The notes: generated from the sequence alone by a model not told the origin. DNA of 64,000 nt from Eledone cirrhosa (GCA_964016885.1 OZ024743.1:244590001-244654000), one strand, 5' to 3'; numbered from the stretch's first letter, positions 1 to 19,122 are shown. Translations and numbers: made by a program.

Positions 1-229
1 AACAATAACTTACGGTCTTCAAAATGCTTTTAATTAAGCATAAAGTGTATTGCAAAATACATTATATATACATCCATGTATATATATATATTTTTTTATA
101 TATGTATATACCTATGTATATATATGTATATATGTATGTATATGTATATATATATATATATATGTGAATATATATATTTATATATGTATATACATATGTA
201 TATATATGTATATATATATATTATTGTTT

Positions 230-930
230 GTTTACTTTTTTTTCGCTCTGTCTTGATAACTTAATTTAATTATCGCTCGCACTGATTTTAGGTATGTGGT
301 CTTTAATGCGAAGAAATACCAATGACAAACAGCTGACTACTGATGATGGACAGTCGTCTCTCGGTCTATTTTCATTCATATATTCACATTCGCAACAACG
401 CAGCACGCCATTTTTCATTCACATATGTATTTTTTCTCCTCGCTGTGGTTCGTATTTTATCTTTCCTCTTACTCCTATACCCTTTTCTCTCACCCTATTC
501 TCTCTCCCTGTACTTCTTGCTTTCATTCACCCCTCTGCTGGTCATCCACTCTCTCGCCTGGCCTCTTCCTCACACTTTCACTCACTCACTCTCTGCTACT
601 CACCCTCTCTCACTCCCTCCCGTTTGACCTGTGTGAAATTCTTTCTCTCTCACTTTTCCCGTGGCTCGCACGTGTCTGCCTCTTCTCGTCATTTGATATG
701 TTCGGACTTAAGCCGACAAGATGCATTTACTTGACTCTCTTTATAATTTTTATTTTCGCCCTGTCCCGATAAATTAATTTAGTTATCGCTCGCACTGATT
801 TTAGGTATCTAGTCTTTCATGCGAAGAAATACCAATGATAATCAACAGACTTCTGATGATGGACAGTCGTGTCTCAGTCTATTTTCATTCATATATTCAC
901 GTTCGCAACATCGCAACACGCCACTTTTCA

Positions 931-933
<3 letters not shown>
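230..933. repeat. Diverged direct repeat, ~513-bp period (~1.4 units), bounded by (TA)n; probable PLE pseudo-LTR-type remnant
   Basis: TATCGCTCGCACTGATTTTAGGTAT at 271 and 784. The tail ATTCACATTCGCAAC...GCACGCCA recurs at ~1262-1300. Confidence 0.65.
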
Positions 934-1005
<72 letters not shown>

Positions 1006-1006
1006 G

Positions 1007-1117
<111 letters not shown>

Positions 1118-1160
1118 GATAAAAATCACAAGAGCGTCTACAACATCAAAAGATTTTTAT

Positions 1161-1209
1161 TGGCTTACAATGTTTCTACCTTACGTAACCGTAGGATTCG
1201 TCAGAGCTA
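1161..1209 (-). ncRNA. Minimal type I hammerhead ribozyme
   Basis: Minus strand reads TAGCT CTGACGA ATCCTACG-GTTA-CGTAAGGT A GAAA C-ATT-G TA AGCCA, and AATAAA overlaps the end of the helix I 3' strand. Confidence 0.75.
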
Positions 1210-1297
1210 TAAAAGGGGTTTGATTGGTGTTATGGACTCTACCAACCAAACATTCAAGAACATTCACATTCGCAACATCGCAGCACGCCACTTTTCA

Positions 1298-1384
<87 letters not shown>

Positions 1385-1442
1385 GTATATACATATGTGT
1401 ATATATATATATATACATATATATATACATATATATATATAT

Positions 1443-1543
<101 letters not shown>

Positions 1544-1604
1544 TATATACATATATATATATACGATATTAAATAAATGGAAACTATATTTATAAAACCA
1601 TATT

Positions 1605-1670
1605 TATTTCATTATATATATTTCAGGGATATCATATTAACAATATGTTATGCCTTCCTCAGACAAAATA
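1605..1670 (-). ncRNA. Hammerhead ribozyme, family B (PLE pLTR fragment)
   Basis: TATTTTGT CTGAGGA AGGCATAACATATT..AATATGATATCCCT GAAA T-ATAT-A TA ATGAAATA. Confidence 0.8.
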
Positions 1671-1853
1671 CAATATAGACAGTTTTATAGATAAATAGAT
1701 TTGACATACCGTTCAACATCGACTTGTATTTGAAAAAGTTGATTTTGGCAGCGTTATTTAATATCGTAAATATACTCCAAATACTTGTTGAGTGCTTTTA
1801 TATCAGTTATAAATATTTACTAGTTGTAACCCAACAATTTAAATATAACTTTC

Positions 1854-2320
<467 letters not shown>

Positions 2321-2329
2321 AAACGAAAT

Positions 2330-5160
2330 TACGATATTAACAAATGGAAACTATATTTATAAAACCATGTTTATTTCATTATACATATTTCAAGGACACC
2401 AAGTTAAATTATGGTGTGCTTTCATTAGATAAAATGTAATATAGAGTATTTTTATAAATAAATATTGACATACCCTTAAAGAATGCGACCATTACTGTTG
2501 GAAGCTCCCGGATAGTGGGGTTATAAATTTATTTATACTATTATGTAAATTAGTATTGGATATTTTTAAATGAGAGTAGATTTAAATAAACCGTTGGCTT
2601 ACGGAGAAAGAAAGATAGAGAGAGAGAGAGAGGAACAAGAGAGAGAAAAAAAGAGAGAGAAAAAAAGAGAGATATAAAAAAGAGAAAAAAGAGCAAACCT
2701 TTAAGAAGAAAATAAGAAAAAAGAGAGAGAGAAAAGAAAAGGAGAGAGAAAGTGAAAGCTCTAAGTAATAGGTTGTTGAGTTATCTTAAAATTTGAGATG
2801 AAGTGAAAGAATAAATATTAATGGATGAATAGAGAAATGTAAATAAGCGTGAATGGAAAATACCTACATAATAGGAGAATGTTAACCATTGTTTAAATAT
2901 GATTAAATATTTAGTTTATCATTTACAATATTGAGATCTATATATTATTATGAAATCTATGTATTATTAAGACTATATATTATTAAAAATCTATATATTA
3001 TTAAAAGAATATATTCATATATATACATAGGCACACACAGAGATATATACATATAAATATATATACATACAAATATATATACACATACACCTACATACAT
3101 ATACATATACATACAAAGTATAAAGGATTTTTTAATTTAAGATATAGGAATTTTCATAAACTTATAGATTTTCTGAGAAAATCTTAGAAAAAACAGAAAA
3201 TCATTTCTATGTAATTTCAAAACAGCGTGAAGGAAATTACGTTATTTAGTTATATAAATGTTAAGATATTAAAGGAAATTTTAGGTTATACACACTTTAT
3301 GTTATATAAGTTTTATATGTAATAAATCCACCTGTTATGTAGTTGTGACTGTTATTATATAGGTTTGTTTATCACGAACCTTAAGAAAATCCTTATAAAC
3401 TAGTGCAATCGAATTGTATGCATATATATATATATACACAATCCCCACATATATACACATAGACGTATCTACACATATAGGTAGATATGCATCACACATA
3501 TATATATACATACACACACATAAATATATATACATACATATATATATATATACATATATAGAGAGAGATATATATAAATACAGTACATAGTATAATTGAA
3601 GTACATAATATATATAATATAAAATAAAATAAAATAAAATTATTACGATTTGGAAATATAATTATAAGCAATATAACTTTAAATCAATATCATTTTAAAA
3701 TATTATAGAATATTTCAAGTTACAATTTTAAAATAATAATATGTTTAATAGATTCAGTATAAAAATTTTCTTCGTATGTTTAACTTAATGTTATAGCCAT
3801 AAGAGAAAGAAAGAGAAACTTTCAAAAGAGAAACTTTCAAAAATAGGAGAAACTAGCAAATAATATTTTGCCCATTTAAGAGCTTTCAGTATGTTTCTCT
3901 GGTAGAGTTTTTTTTATATCTATTTATATTTAGGAAGAAAAGTTTTTTTACTTGAGAGTTTAAGCAGTCAAAAGAAGGAATCTAATGATTTATCGATAGG
4001 TTCAATATATTAATAGAATTAATTAGTTAAATATTACATTTTAAATTTATATTTAAACGTTGAGTTCAATCTATGTCTGCAGCAACTGAATAAATTGTTC
4101 CTTAGGTTCAGGGAATTTTTGGTCTTTAATATAAAGAATATTTCCTCTATACAAAGATCACAATTTTCTGAAGAGGAGTTAAAAGGAGTAGCTTTTGAAA
4201 TAATATTCCAAAGCAACGAATATTTAACGTTCTTTAATTTGAGGTCCCATAATAAGATAGATAGAGAAGTTGAAGATTTTTTGTTTGGATTTGTAAAAGA
4301 ATTTTCATGATTATTGAAACGGGATTTAAACTCTGTGGAAGTAGATCCCACATAATTAAATGAATTTAAATTAGTTTTACATTACAATTATATACTATAT
4401 TTTTAGCTAAGCAATTGTTATTTAACGGACAGTTAGATTTATTTCTACAGTTACATTTATCAAATTGGATATTGCTTGGGTTATTAGTGGTATTTTGGTT
4501 AGGTTTTAAATTTCTATTAATATTTTGCGCTAAATTTTTGGTGGATGAATAAGTTAATTTTATAGAATGTCTATTAAAAATTGAGTAATATCTATGTGTT
4601 CTAGGGAAGCATTTGTCAAGAGCTTTAAAGAATAGTTTAGCAATAGGGGTTTTAATATTTAATGAGAAAGGAGGAGCGAACCATAATATGTTCCTAGTTC
4701 TATTTCTTTTTTTGTTTTCCGAATTATTGTAAGGTTTTCTATTATAGTTGTTAAAATTGTTAAAATAATTAAAATTGTTAAGATTATGGTTAGTTGTTAT
4801 ATTATTATTATCAATGTATTTAATTTTATTTCTATACCCAGCTCTACCTAAAGCTTCGTTGTAATAATGTGCTTTATCATCAAATATATTCTTATTAGCT
4901 GAAATTCTAGAAATGCGTTGCTGTACAGAATTCACTATAGTATTTTTAACGGATCTGGGGTGATTAGAATTAAAATTAACGTAGTTTAAGTTCTCGTTTA
5001 GTTTGTGAAATGGATAATGAAGACATGTGTTACGATTTAATGTTACATCTAGAAAGTTAACTATTTTATGGTTATTCTCTATTTGCACTTTTAGATTAAG
5101 GTAATTAAAAAATTGTATAATTTCTTTTCTTTTCCTATTTAATTCACAGTTATTATTTTC
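2330..5160 (-). mobile_element. 5'-truncated Penelope-like element #1 (RT thumb, Cys-rich linker, GIY-YIG endonuclease, long 3' UTR, HHR-bearing pLTR)
   Basis: ORFs 4366-5088 (FLDVTL, YVNFNSNHP, WFAPPFS, CNCRNKSNCPLNNNCL, IVY) and 4034-4351 (GSTSTEFKSRFNNH, CDLCIEE, CRH). Family A HHR at 2372-2436. Confidence 0.9.
2372..2436 (-). ncRNA. Hammerhead ribozyme, family A, core mutated (CTAATGA, G5A)
   Basis: Same fold as the intact copy at 8212-8276, but the core reads CTAATGA. Confidence 0.65.
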
Positions 5161-5221
5161 GATAAGTAAATATATATATATAAGTAAATATATATATATA
5201 TATATTTACACACATGTACAT

Positions 5222-5261
<40 letters not shown>

Positions 5262-5264
5262 AAA

Positions 5265-5355
<91 letters not shown>

Positions 5356-5374
5356 ATGTGTGTGTACATGTGTG

Positions 5375-5422
<48 letters not shown>

Positions 5423-5645
5423 TATTTACATATATAAAAACATTTATAAATATGTATGTATATATGTATATGTATTTATATATATCCAAATATATATATA
5501 TATATATAAAAACATTTATAAATATGTATGTATATATGTATATGTATATATATATATATCCATATATATATATATAAATATATATATATGTATATAAATA
5601 TATATATAAATGTATATATACATACATATATATATAAATATATCC

Positions 5646-5809
<164 letters not shown>

Positions 5810-5833
5810 ATTAGTATATATTTATATATATAT

Positions 5834-5864
<31 letters not shown>

Positions 5865-5890
5865 AATGTTTATAAAACTGATATATATTA

Positions 5891-5955
5891 TATTTTATCT
5901 GATGAAAGCGCACCATAATTTGCTTTGGTGTCCGTAAAATATGTATAATGAAATA
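5891..5955 (+). ncRNA. Hammerhead ribozyme, family A, GAAA mutated to AAAA (probably inactive)
   Basis: TATTTTAT CTGATGA AAGCGCACC..GGTGTCCGT AAAA TATGTATA ATGAAATA. Confidence 0.65.
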
Positions 5956-6011
5956 AATATGGTTTTATAAATATAGTTTCCATTTGTTAATATATTATAT
6001 ATATATATATT

Positions 6012-6097
<86 letters not shown>

Positions 6098-6135
6098 AAT
6101 ATATATATATATTTATATATATATTTATATATATA

Positions 6136-6238
<103 letters not shown>

Positions 6239-6274
6239 ATATATATATATATAAAACATTTATAAATATGTATG

Positions 6275-6307
<33 letters not shown>

Positions 6308-6467
6308 CCATATATATATATATATAAATATATATATATGTATATAAATATATATATAAATATATATATATATATACATATATATTTATATTTATATATA
6401 TATATATAAATATATATATAAATGTATATATATATACATATATATATATATATAAATATATCCATAT

Positions 6468-6753
<286 letters not shown>

Positions 6754-6794
6754 ACACATTTCACAATGCTTCAAGCAAACTTTAACACCCTCTT

Positions 6795-8136
<1,342 letters not shown>

Positions 8137-8140
8137 ATTA

Positions 8141-8188
<48 letters not shown>

Positions 8189-8211
8189 GTTTATAAAACT
8201 GATATATATTA

Positions 8212-8276
8212 TATTTTATCTGATGAAAGCGCACCATAATTTGTTTTGGTGTCCTTGAAATATGTATAATGAAATA
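8212..8276 (+). ncRNA. Hammerhead ribozyme, family A (intact)
   Basis: TATTTTAT CTGATGA AAGCGCACC-loop-GGTGTCCTT GAAA T-ATGT-A TA ATGAAATA. Confidence 0.85.
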
Positions 8277-8310
8277 AATATGGTTTTATAAATATAGTTT
8301 CCATTTGTTA

Positions 8311-8390
<80 letters not shown>

Positions 8391-8432
8391 AATATATATA
8401 TATATTTATATATATATATTTATATATATATG

Positions 8433-8467
<35 letters not shown>

Positions 8468-8469
8468 AT

Positions 8470-9612
8470 ACTTTGGGAGGGTCATGTTGCCAATAAGAAA
8501 CACACGCACCAGTTGCTTTCACTTCAATTTATTATATATTTATAAATTTATAAATTTACAAATCTACAAACTTATAAATTTCTGGTTGGTTGGTTGGTTC
8601 CACAACCAGATAGTTGTTTATATATAGTCATAGTCCTTTCGTCACACACTCTATGACCTTTTCAGTGACTGGGGATTCCTCTCTTTGTTTCTGTGCCTTT
8701 CCTTTCTTCTATCCTACGCCATTTTGTCTCTGTGTGCGCGCCGTGCTCTCAGTCTGCGCACGCGCCACATCCGGGTGTCCGTGTGTGCCCGTGTTCATTT
8801 ATCTATTTGTTTATTTATTTATTTATTTATTGTTGGTTGGTTGTCTGTTACATGTGTGTGTGTGCCTCCACCTTGTCCTTAATTGCAAGTTGCGATGTTG
8901 CTGTTCCACCCACATTTTCTATTTAATTTTGGTTGCAATTCCTTCATGCTTACTGCCTCTGTAATTTGCCTAAACACTGCATCCTCTCTGCGTACGGATT
9001 CCACCTCTATTTCTATGTTCTCTAATCTACCCCTGTGCTCCATCCTAGCATGCTGGTAGAGCACAGATGATTCCCCACCATCTTGAAGGTCCCGCCAGTG
9101 TTCACCCACTCGTTCCCCCACACCACGAGCCGTCCCACCCACGTACACCACACTTTTGTTTCTACATTGTCCCTCAGCACATCCCATGCCATACACCACA
9201 TCTCCAGTTTTACAGCCAATATGGGGGCCTATTTTACAGGCCACACATTTCCCATCCATACATGAGGGCCCCTGGAACGGGCACGTCTTGCCAACAAGTG
9301 CCTGCACGGAGGCACCTGGTCCCCCCACTATCCCAACATTGAGTCCATGTTTATTCAGGGCCCCTCTAAACCTGCAGGCTAACTCGCCTCCAGGGGCTGC
9401 ATTGATGAACACCACACTCTGGCACCTATTGCTATCACACCATGAGTCTACTCCACCGGCCCTGCTCCCAGTTCTTTCCACCCCATTCCAAAACTTGCTC
9501 CCATACAAGGGGCAGGTCCCATCCATGTCATCATTTACCACCCCTTCCCACCCGAGTGTTGTTTCAACACACGATTTCAGATAAAGAATCTTGCTAAACA
9601 AATTCAGAAACG
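8470..9612 (-). mobile_element. Penelope-like element #2, 3' fragment with GIY-YIG endonuclease; appears A-to-G hypermutated
   Basis: ORF 8879-9601 contains CxxxxCxxC, VVY..C, YVG(G)TAR, ERxxEH, RQITEAV and LNRK. Confidence 0.85.
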
Positions 9613-9634
9613 AAATATATATATATATTTATAT

Positions 9635-10066
9635 ACGATATTAAATAAATGGAAACTATATTTATAAAACCATATTTATTTCATTATATATATTTCAGGG
9701 ACATCATATTAAAAATATGTTATGCCTTCTTCAGACAAAATACAATATAAACAGGCTTATAAATAGATAGATTTGACATACCTTTCAACTTCAACTTCCA
9801 TCAAATTTTTAAATGGAAGTTGAAGTTGAAAGGTATGTCAAATCTATCTATTTATAAGACTGTTTATATTGTATTTTGTCTGAAGAAGGCATAACATATT
9901 TTTAATATGATGTCCCTGAAATATATATAATGAAATAAATATGGTTTTATAAATATAGTTTCCATTTATTTAATATCGTAAATATACTCCAAATACTTGT
10001 TGAGTGCTTTTATATCAGTTATAAATATTTACTCGTTGTAACCCAACAATTTAAATAAAACTTTGC
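9635..10066. mobile_element. Fold-back PLE pLTR cassette, family B, with two HHRs (9677-9742 -, 9872-9937 +)
   Basis: Arms ~9635-9801 and ~9813-9979 are reverse complements. Each holds CTGAAGA..GAAATATATATA. Confidence 0.85.
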
Positions 10067-10087
10067 ATATATATTTATATATATATT

Positions 10088-10158
<71 letters not shown>

Positions 10159-10350
10159 GTGTGTAAATATATATATGTGTGTGTAAATATATATATATAT
10201 ATAAAACATTTATAAATATGTATGTATATATATATATATATCCATATATATATAAATATATATATATGTATATAAATATATATATAAATATATATATATA
10301 CATATATATTTATATTTATATATATATATATATAAATATATATATAAATG

Positions 10351-10384
<34 letters not shown>

Positions 10385-10395
10385 AATATATACAT

Positions 10396-12994
<2,599 letters not shown>

Positions 12995-13140
12995 TTTTGA
13001 GTTTATGTTGGTTGTATACCAACACCTCAGTATGCAGGCTGGAGCACTCGACGAAGTGCGCAGGTTGGTTTGGTTACTCCGGAGTAGTGTAAAATAAAGT
13101 TAAATAAAAGTCAAATGATTAAAATTTAGCTTCGTTTATT

Positions 13141-13195
13141 ACTGCTATATATATTTCAGTGACAGCCATCTTTGGCTGTGACCTCTTCAGGCAGT
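13141..13195 (-). ncRNA. Hammerhead ribozyme, family C
   Basis: ACTGC CTGAAGA GGTCACAGCCA-AAGA-TGGCTGTCACT GAAA T-ATAT-A TA GCAGT AATAAA. Confidence 0.88.
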
Positions 13196-13486
13196 TTGAA
13201 TTAGTATGGTATAGACAAGTACATATGTTGTTTAGGTGTATAATATTGTATACTCTGATATGCCCAGTTCCTTGTTGGGTTGTTAATTCACTGAGGAACT
13301 GGAGTCATTATACATATTTCAGGGATACCTGAAATATGTATAATGAAATAAATATGGTGTTATAAATATAGTTTCCATTTGTTTAATATCGTATATATAC
13401 TCCAAAAACTTGTCGAGTGCTTTATATCAGTTATAAAATATTTACTTGTTGTAACCCAACAATTTTAAATAAAACCTTTGCATATA

Positions 13487-13535
<49 letters not shown>

Positions 13536-13558
13536 GTTTATAAAACAGATATATATTA

Positions 13559-13623
13559 TATTTTATCTGATGAAAGCGCACCATAATTTGCTTTGGTGTC
13601 CTTGAAATATGTATAATGAAATA
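13559..13623 (+). ncRNA. Hammerhead ribozyme, family A (intact)
   Basis: Same motif as 8212-8276. Confidence 0.85.
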
Positions 13624-13649
13624 AATAAAGTTTCCATTTGTTAATATAT

Positions 13650-13680
<31 letters not shown>

Positions 13681-13699
13681 ATTTATATATATATATTTA

Positions 13700-13827
<128 letters not shown>

Positions 13828-13847
13828 TATATATATATTTATATATA

Positions 13848-13900
<53 letters not shown>

Positions 13901-13925
13901 GTGTGTAAATATATATATGTGTGTG

Positions 13926-13972
<47 letters not shown>

Positions 13973-14096
13973 ATTTATAAATATGTATGTATATATGTAT
14001 ATATATATATCCATATATATATATATAAATATATATATATATAAACAGTTATAAATATGTATGTATATATGTATATGTATATATATATATCCATAT

Positions 14097-14129
<33 letters not shown>

Positions 14130-14222
14130 AACATTTATAAATATGTATGTATATATGTATATGTATATATATTTATCTATCCATATATATATACATATAT
14201 ATATATATGTATATATATATAA

Positions 14223-14253
<31 letters not shown>

Positions 14254-14274
14254 AATATATATATAAACATATAT

Positions 14275-16940
14275 AGAAATCACATGAATCAAAGTTCTGT
14301 TCAAACCATTTATTTGCTTACAATTGTTTCGTCCAAACGGAGGTTTGGAGTCTTCGGAGCAATTTTTCAATGATTGTTTACATACATGACCCCCTTTCCA
14401 ACACATACAGAAACATATGTATATATCAATGCACAGTGGGGTGACATCCATTATAATATTTTAGCATGGCAATTTACATTCAAAAATTAAAATCATATTA
14501 AAAGAAAATTAAAACCAAATTAAAGTTAAAATACAACATCGGCAGTTTACGAAGATAATGCAAGAGGATAGTTTGAAGTAGTTAGTGTATGCAATAGTTA
14601 CACGTGGGGCATGCAAGTGTGTCTTATTTATATAAGTTTATTGTGCGGCAAGGTGTTATATGCGATACAAGCACTTTAAGCGGGTAATCAAGAGTATTAT
14701 GGGGGTTGTATTGGTAAAGTATTTTTTATGTATGATAGAGAAGCTTGTGTCCAGAGAAATATTAAAAATGAGAAGCAAAATAATGTTATGGTTTTTGTAT
14801 ACACCACCATTTTCACAATCCAGGAGACGTAATATATAGATTATATGTCCTTCACATAATTAACGATGATTCAGTATTGGATGCTTGATGTATTAGCTTA
14901 GATTATTACAGCTTGTTGTTCTTTAATCTAATTTTATAGAGCAGGTTGTTTTCGTTGCGAGAATTTACATCGTTTTATTTTCTGGAAGTATGTGTGTGAT
15001 TAAGGGGAGTTAATGCGTGGGGGGAGGTAACTAGCTGATTTCTATAACTAAATTTATTATTCCAATGTACATTAAATGGTGTCCCATTTGAGTCCCTTAC
15101 ATATATGGTTATAAACTGTTTCTAAATTTAAGTATTCTATCTTTAAATTACACTCTACTCTATCAAGAAGTACTAAAGGTGTCCATATTAGGATGATTAC
15201 CCTCTATCATAGAGTGCCACAACTGAATATTCCATATGAAGAGTCAGATCTCCAAATCAATGATCTTTGTAAAAGTAGTCTACCCACAGAACCTGGCAGG
15301 GTTTTATTAGAACCACGTCTATATACAACCCCTGGTAAGCTCTGAGTCAGCGCATGTCTGATTGCATGGCAAAGTTAAATATCTCTAGGGTAGACCAGAG
15401 AGCAATTCTCACTTACAATGTCATTAATCTGTCTATCAAGTCATACATGTATGTATAACTCATATACCACTTGTACATAATTCATTGTACTCAGCATATA
15501 GGTTATATAGCTCTTTTATGTTAATAAATTAATCTTCTATTTATCCAATGATGGCACTCCATACACATAACAACATTAGCACAAACAATTCAGTGTTTAA
15601 AGTTTACATCTAATTATATAGTGGTGTAATGTAGTCTAATTAATTGAAGGCAATCATACCAAAAGTAGATGTACATGGGGATATTTCTAGGGTAAAAGGT
15701 TCTAGATAGATGTCACTAATAGTGTTAAGATAGGGTGGATCATTGAGTGTGGAGTTGTGGTGTAAGGTGTGCCCTTGAGGTGTGTTGCTAGAAGTGGTGA
15801 TGGGTTCAAGTCTGACATTGCTATATATTGGGTTTAAAGTTTTGGAAGGAGTGTCGGAAGCGGTGCTGGCATGACGCGAACACTTCTGATTTTTTATTAA
15901 GGAGGTTATGGTTTGAGAAGATAATAGTATGGGTCTCTAGTAGACAGAGGTTTCAAAATTTATTAGGTGGTTTGTATGATGTCGCCTTACCTATCACTTC
16001 CCATTTAAGTGTATAAGATTTATTTTTAGTTTTTAGATAGTGTATGTAGCTAGATAGTGAAGTGGAGTTGGCTCGACTGTGTTTTTTGAAAAAGTGGAGG
16101 TGCGAATTGTATCTGGTTTTGAAGCAGTTTGAAGTAGAGCCTATATATGTTTCAGAAGAGTTGCTAGTTGTGATGGTGCATGAATATATGATATCCTTGA
16201 TTAAGCATTTTTTTATCTAAAGGGCAGGTTCTATTAGATCTACAGTTAGAATTATTCTGGGTGTTAGTCTGCCGGTTATTATGTTGTGTAGAAGTTTGGA
16301 TGGTAGCTGTAGGATTATGGTTATGGGGGTTGTCGTTCCCAGCGTTATTGCTTACACTAGTGCTATTACTATTATTACTATTGTTATCAGGTTTAGTTGA
16401 TATAATGTTATTTTGAAGGTTTACCGTCTGTTGTGATTTAGTTTGTTGGAAGTAAGAATTAATTTTTCTTTTATTGCTACTAGCTATGTGGTATGCTATG
16501 TTAGGCGTAGTAGAGTAGGATATTTTAATTGTGTTTTTGTTTAAAAGGCTATGGTACTTGTGGCCAGATGGGAAGTTTTTATCTAGGAGTGAGAAGAAAG
16601 CCTTAGGTTGGTTGGTAGAGACGTTTAGATTGAAAGGAGGGTTGAAAAATGTATTATTTCTTCTTCTATTTTTGTTTTTTATGTCTGGTGAGTTGTTTCC
16701 TTTTATGGTACTATGGTAACTTCTGTGGTGTGGGGTACTTTTGTTGGCATCTTTCGTATTAGTGTGTGTGTGGTTGCTATTCTTATTACTAAATTTCCTC
16801 ATGGACATATTGTGAGAAATAATGTTGTAGCTATGTGTTTTTGTAGGTAGGAACTCGATTTCTATATTATGGCCTGATCTAGCTAATGCCTGATTATAAT
16901 ATTGCGAGTTTTTGCTAAATATAACTGCTCTGTAGAACAA
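14275..16940 (-). mobile_element. 5'-truncated Penelope-like element #4 (linker, GIY-YIG, long 3' region ending in HHR family K)
   Basis: ORF 16164-16940 (YYNQAL, FFNPPF, IKISYSTTPN, NCRSNRTCPL). A frameshifted continuation has IIY..YIGSTS..TRY..H and CRH down to ~15830. Confidence 0.85.
14314..14362 (-). ncRNA. Hammerhead ribozyme, family K, U4C variant core (second copy at 23192-23241 -)
   Basis: TTGCT CCGAAGA CTCCAAAC-CTCC-GTTTGGAC GAAA C-AATT-G TA AGCAA. Confidence 0.75.
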
Positions 16941-17100
16941 CTGATGTTATTACATTGAGCTATTTATCTTACTGGTAATAAGGTAGTAATAAATTACTGT
17001 CTTTCACTGTTTAGGGTTTATAATATATATAACTATAAAAAGTTTTAGTATATACATAACCATAAATAGTATCCTTAATACTATAAACATATATATATAT

Positions 17101-17560
17101 TATTAGAAATGTTAGCTATCGCCGTATTTTGACTAAAGAAATTAAAGAAATTATTTAGCCTGATAGTGGGGTTAAGAACCCTCGGAGAAATGGAAAAGAT
17201 GAGTATTGACGTACATGGGAGTCGAACCCACATCTTTGGTTATCCGGACCACTGTGCTACCATTTACACCAACACATCACCCGTCTTTTTCCATTCAAAT
17301 TAGAAGCTATAAACTTAGCGACTCTAATGTCAAGTAAAAATATTTTCGAAACAGCGAGTGGATTTGAAATTATTAGAAATGTTAGCTATCGCCGTATTTT
17401 GACTAAAGAAATTAAAGAAATTATTTAGCCTGACAGTTGGGTTAAGAACCCTCTGAGAAATGGAAAAAGATGAGTATTGACGAACATGGGAGTCAAAATA
17501 CAGCGATAGCTAACATTTCTAATAATTTCAAATCCACTCGCTGTTTCGAAAATATTCTTA
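17101..17560 (-). mobile_element. 270-bp tandem unit containing a tRNA-like cloverleaf, with terminal inversion
   Basis: 17101-17221 repeats at 17371-17492, and 17491-17556 is an inverted copy. A related diverged inverted pair lies at 17941-17980 / 18080-18222. Confidence 0.75.
17207..17278 (-). pseudogene. tRNA-like cloverleaf (pseudo-anticodon GGA); not a canonical tRNA gene
   Basis: GATGTGT TG GTGT-AAATGGTA-GCAC A GTGGT-CCGGATA-ACCAA AGAT GTGGG-TTCGACT-CCCAT GTACGTC A. A and B boxes are present; C33 and T37 are non-canonical. Confidence 0.75.
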
Positions 17561-17564
17561 ATAT

Positions 17565-17722
<158 letters not shown>

Positions 17723-17802
17723 TATATATATATAAAGATATATATATATAAAGATATATATATAATATATATATATATATATAAAGATATATATATATAA
17801 AG

Positions 17803-17835
<33 letters not shown>

Positions 17836-17843
17836 TATATAAA

Positions 17844-17941
<98 letters not shown>

Positions 17942-17981
17942 AGAAATTTTAGTCTGATAATGGGGTTTAGCACCCTCAGAT

Positions 17982-18079
<98 letters not shown>

Positions 18080-18269
18080 TCAATACTCATCTTTTTCCAT
18101 TTATCTGAGGGTTCTAAACCCCATTATCAGACTGAAATTTCTTTAGTTGAAAAATACGGAGAAAGTTATTCTATTTTCTAATTTCAAACCTGCTCACTGT
18201 TTCAAAACATACTTACTTGTCATATATATATTTATATATATATTTATATATATATTTATATATATATAT

Positions 18270-18306
<37 letters not shown>

Positions 18307-18499
18307 CAGAAATACATACATATTTATAAATGTTTATATATATATTTATATATATATATGGATATATAAGGAATTTATATCTAGTAACATTTCAATGGCT
18401 AGGAATCCAGTCCACGCTTCGCTATTTCCTTTCCACTGAATTATTTTTTTAATAAGTTTCCAGAGTCCTCGCTATGCCTGGAGACTTACACGGAAAAAG

Positions 18500-18582
18500 A
18501 CTTTCCTGGTGACGGAATGATTTTCTATATGTTTCTTCGGAAAATATATTTACTCCATTCCAGAAACTAATTAGTTGGAAGT
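18500..18582 (+). ncRNA. Hammerhead-like motif with A6G core change
   Basis: ACTTTC CTGGTGA CGGAATG..CATTCCA GAAA CTA-AT-TAG TT GGAAGT. Confidence 0.6.
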
Positions 18583-18692
18583 GATTTTTTAGTAAGTAAG
18601 TTAATTTTATAATTTTCTTATTTTACGTCTCTCATATATGGATATATATATATATACATATACATATATACATACATATTTATAAATGTTTT

Positions 18693-18729
<37 letters not shown>

Positions 18730-18823
18730 ATATGCATATATATATATATATACATATAGATATATACATACATATTATATATATATGTATATATATAAAT
18801 GTTTATAAAACTGATATATATTA

Positions 18824-18888
18824 TATCTTATCTGAAGAAAGCGAACCATAATTTGCTTTGGTGTCCTTGAAATATGTATAATGAAATA
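18824..18888 (+). ncRNA. Hammerhead ribozyme, family A (CTGAAGA core)
   Basis: Same family as 8212-8276. Confidence 0.78.
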
Positions 18889-19122
18889 AATATGGTTTAA
18901 TAAATATAGTTTCCATTTGTTAATATATTATATATACGATCTGAGTTCAAATCCTGTCGAGGTTGACATTGCCTTTCATCCTTACGGGGTCGATAAAATA
19001 AAGTACCAGTAATACACTGCGTAATTGCTGACCTTGTGCCTAAAGTAGAAACAATTATATATATATTTATATATATATAAATATATATATTTATATATAT
19101 ATATATTTAAATATATATATAT

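Noticed and set aside
330-420. CTGATGA plus TGGAC/GTCTA stem (also at ~853) as a hammerhead
   Set aside because: No GAAA follows helix II in either copy, and no helix I or III pairing was found.
17207-17278. Functional tRNA-Ser(GGA) gene
   Set aside because: It has C33 and T37, lacks the long variable arm of tRNA-Ser, has several G-U acceptor pairs, and sits in a mobile repeat.
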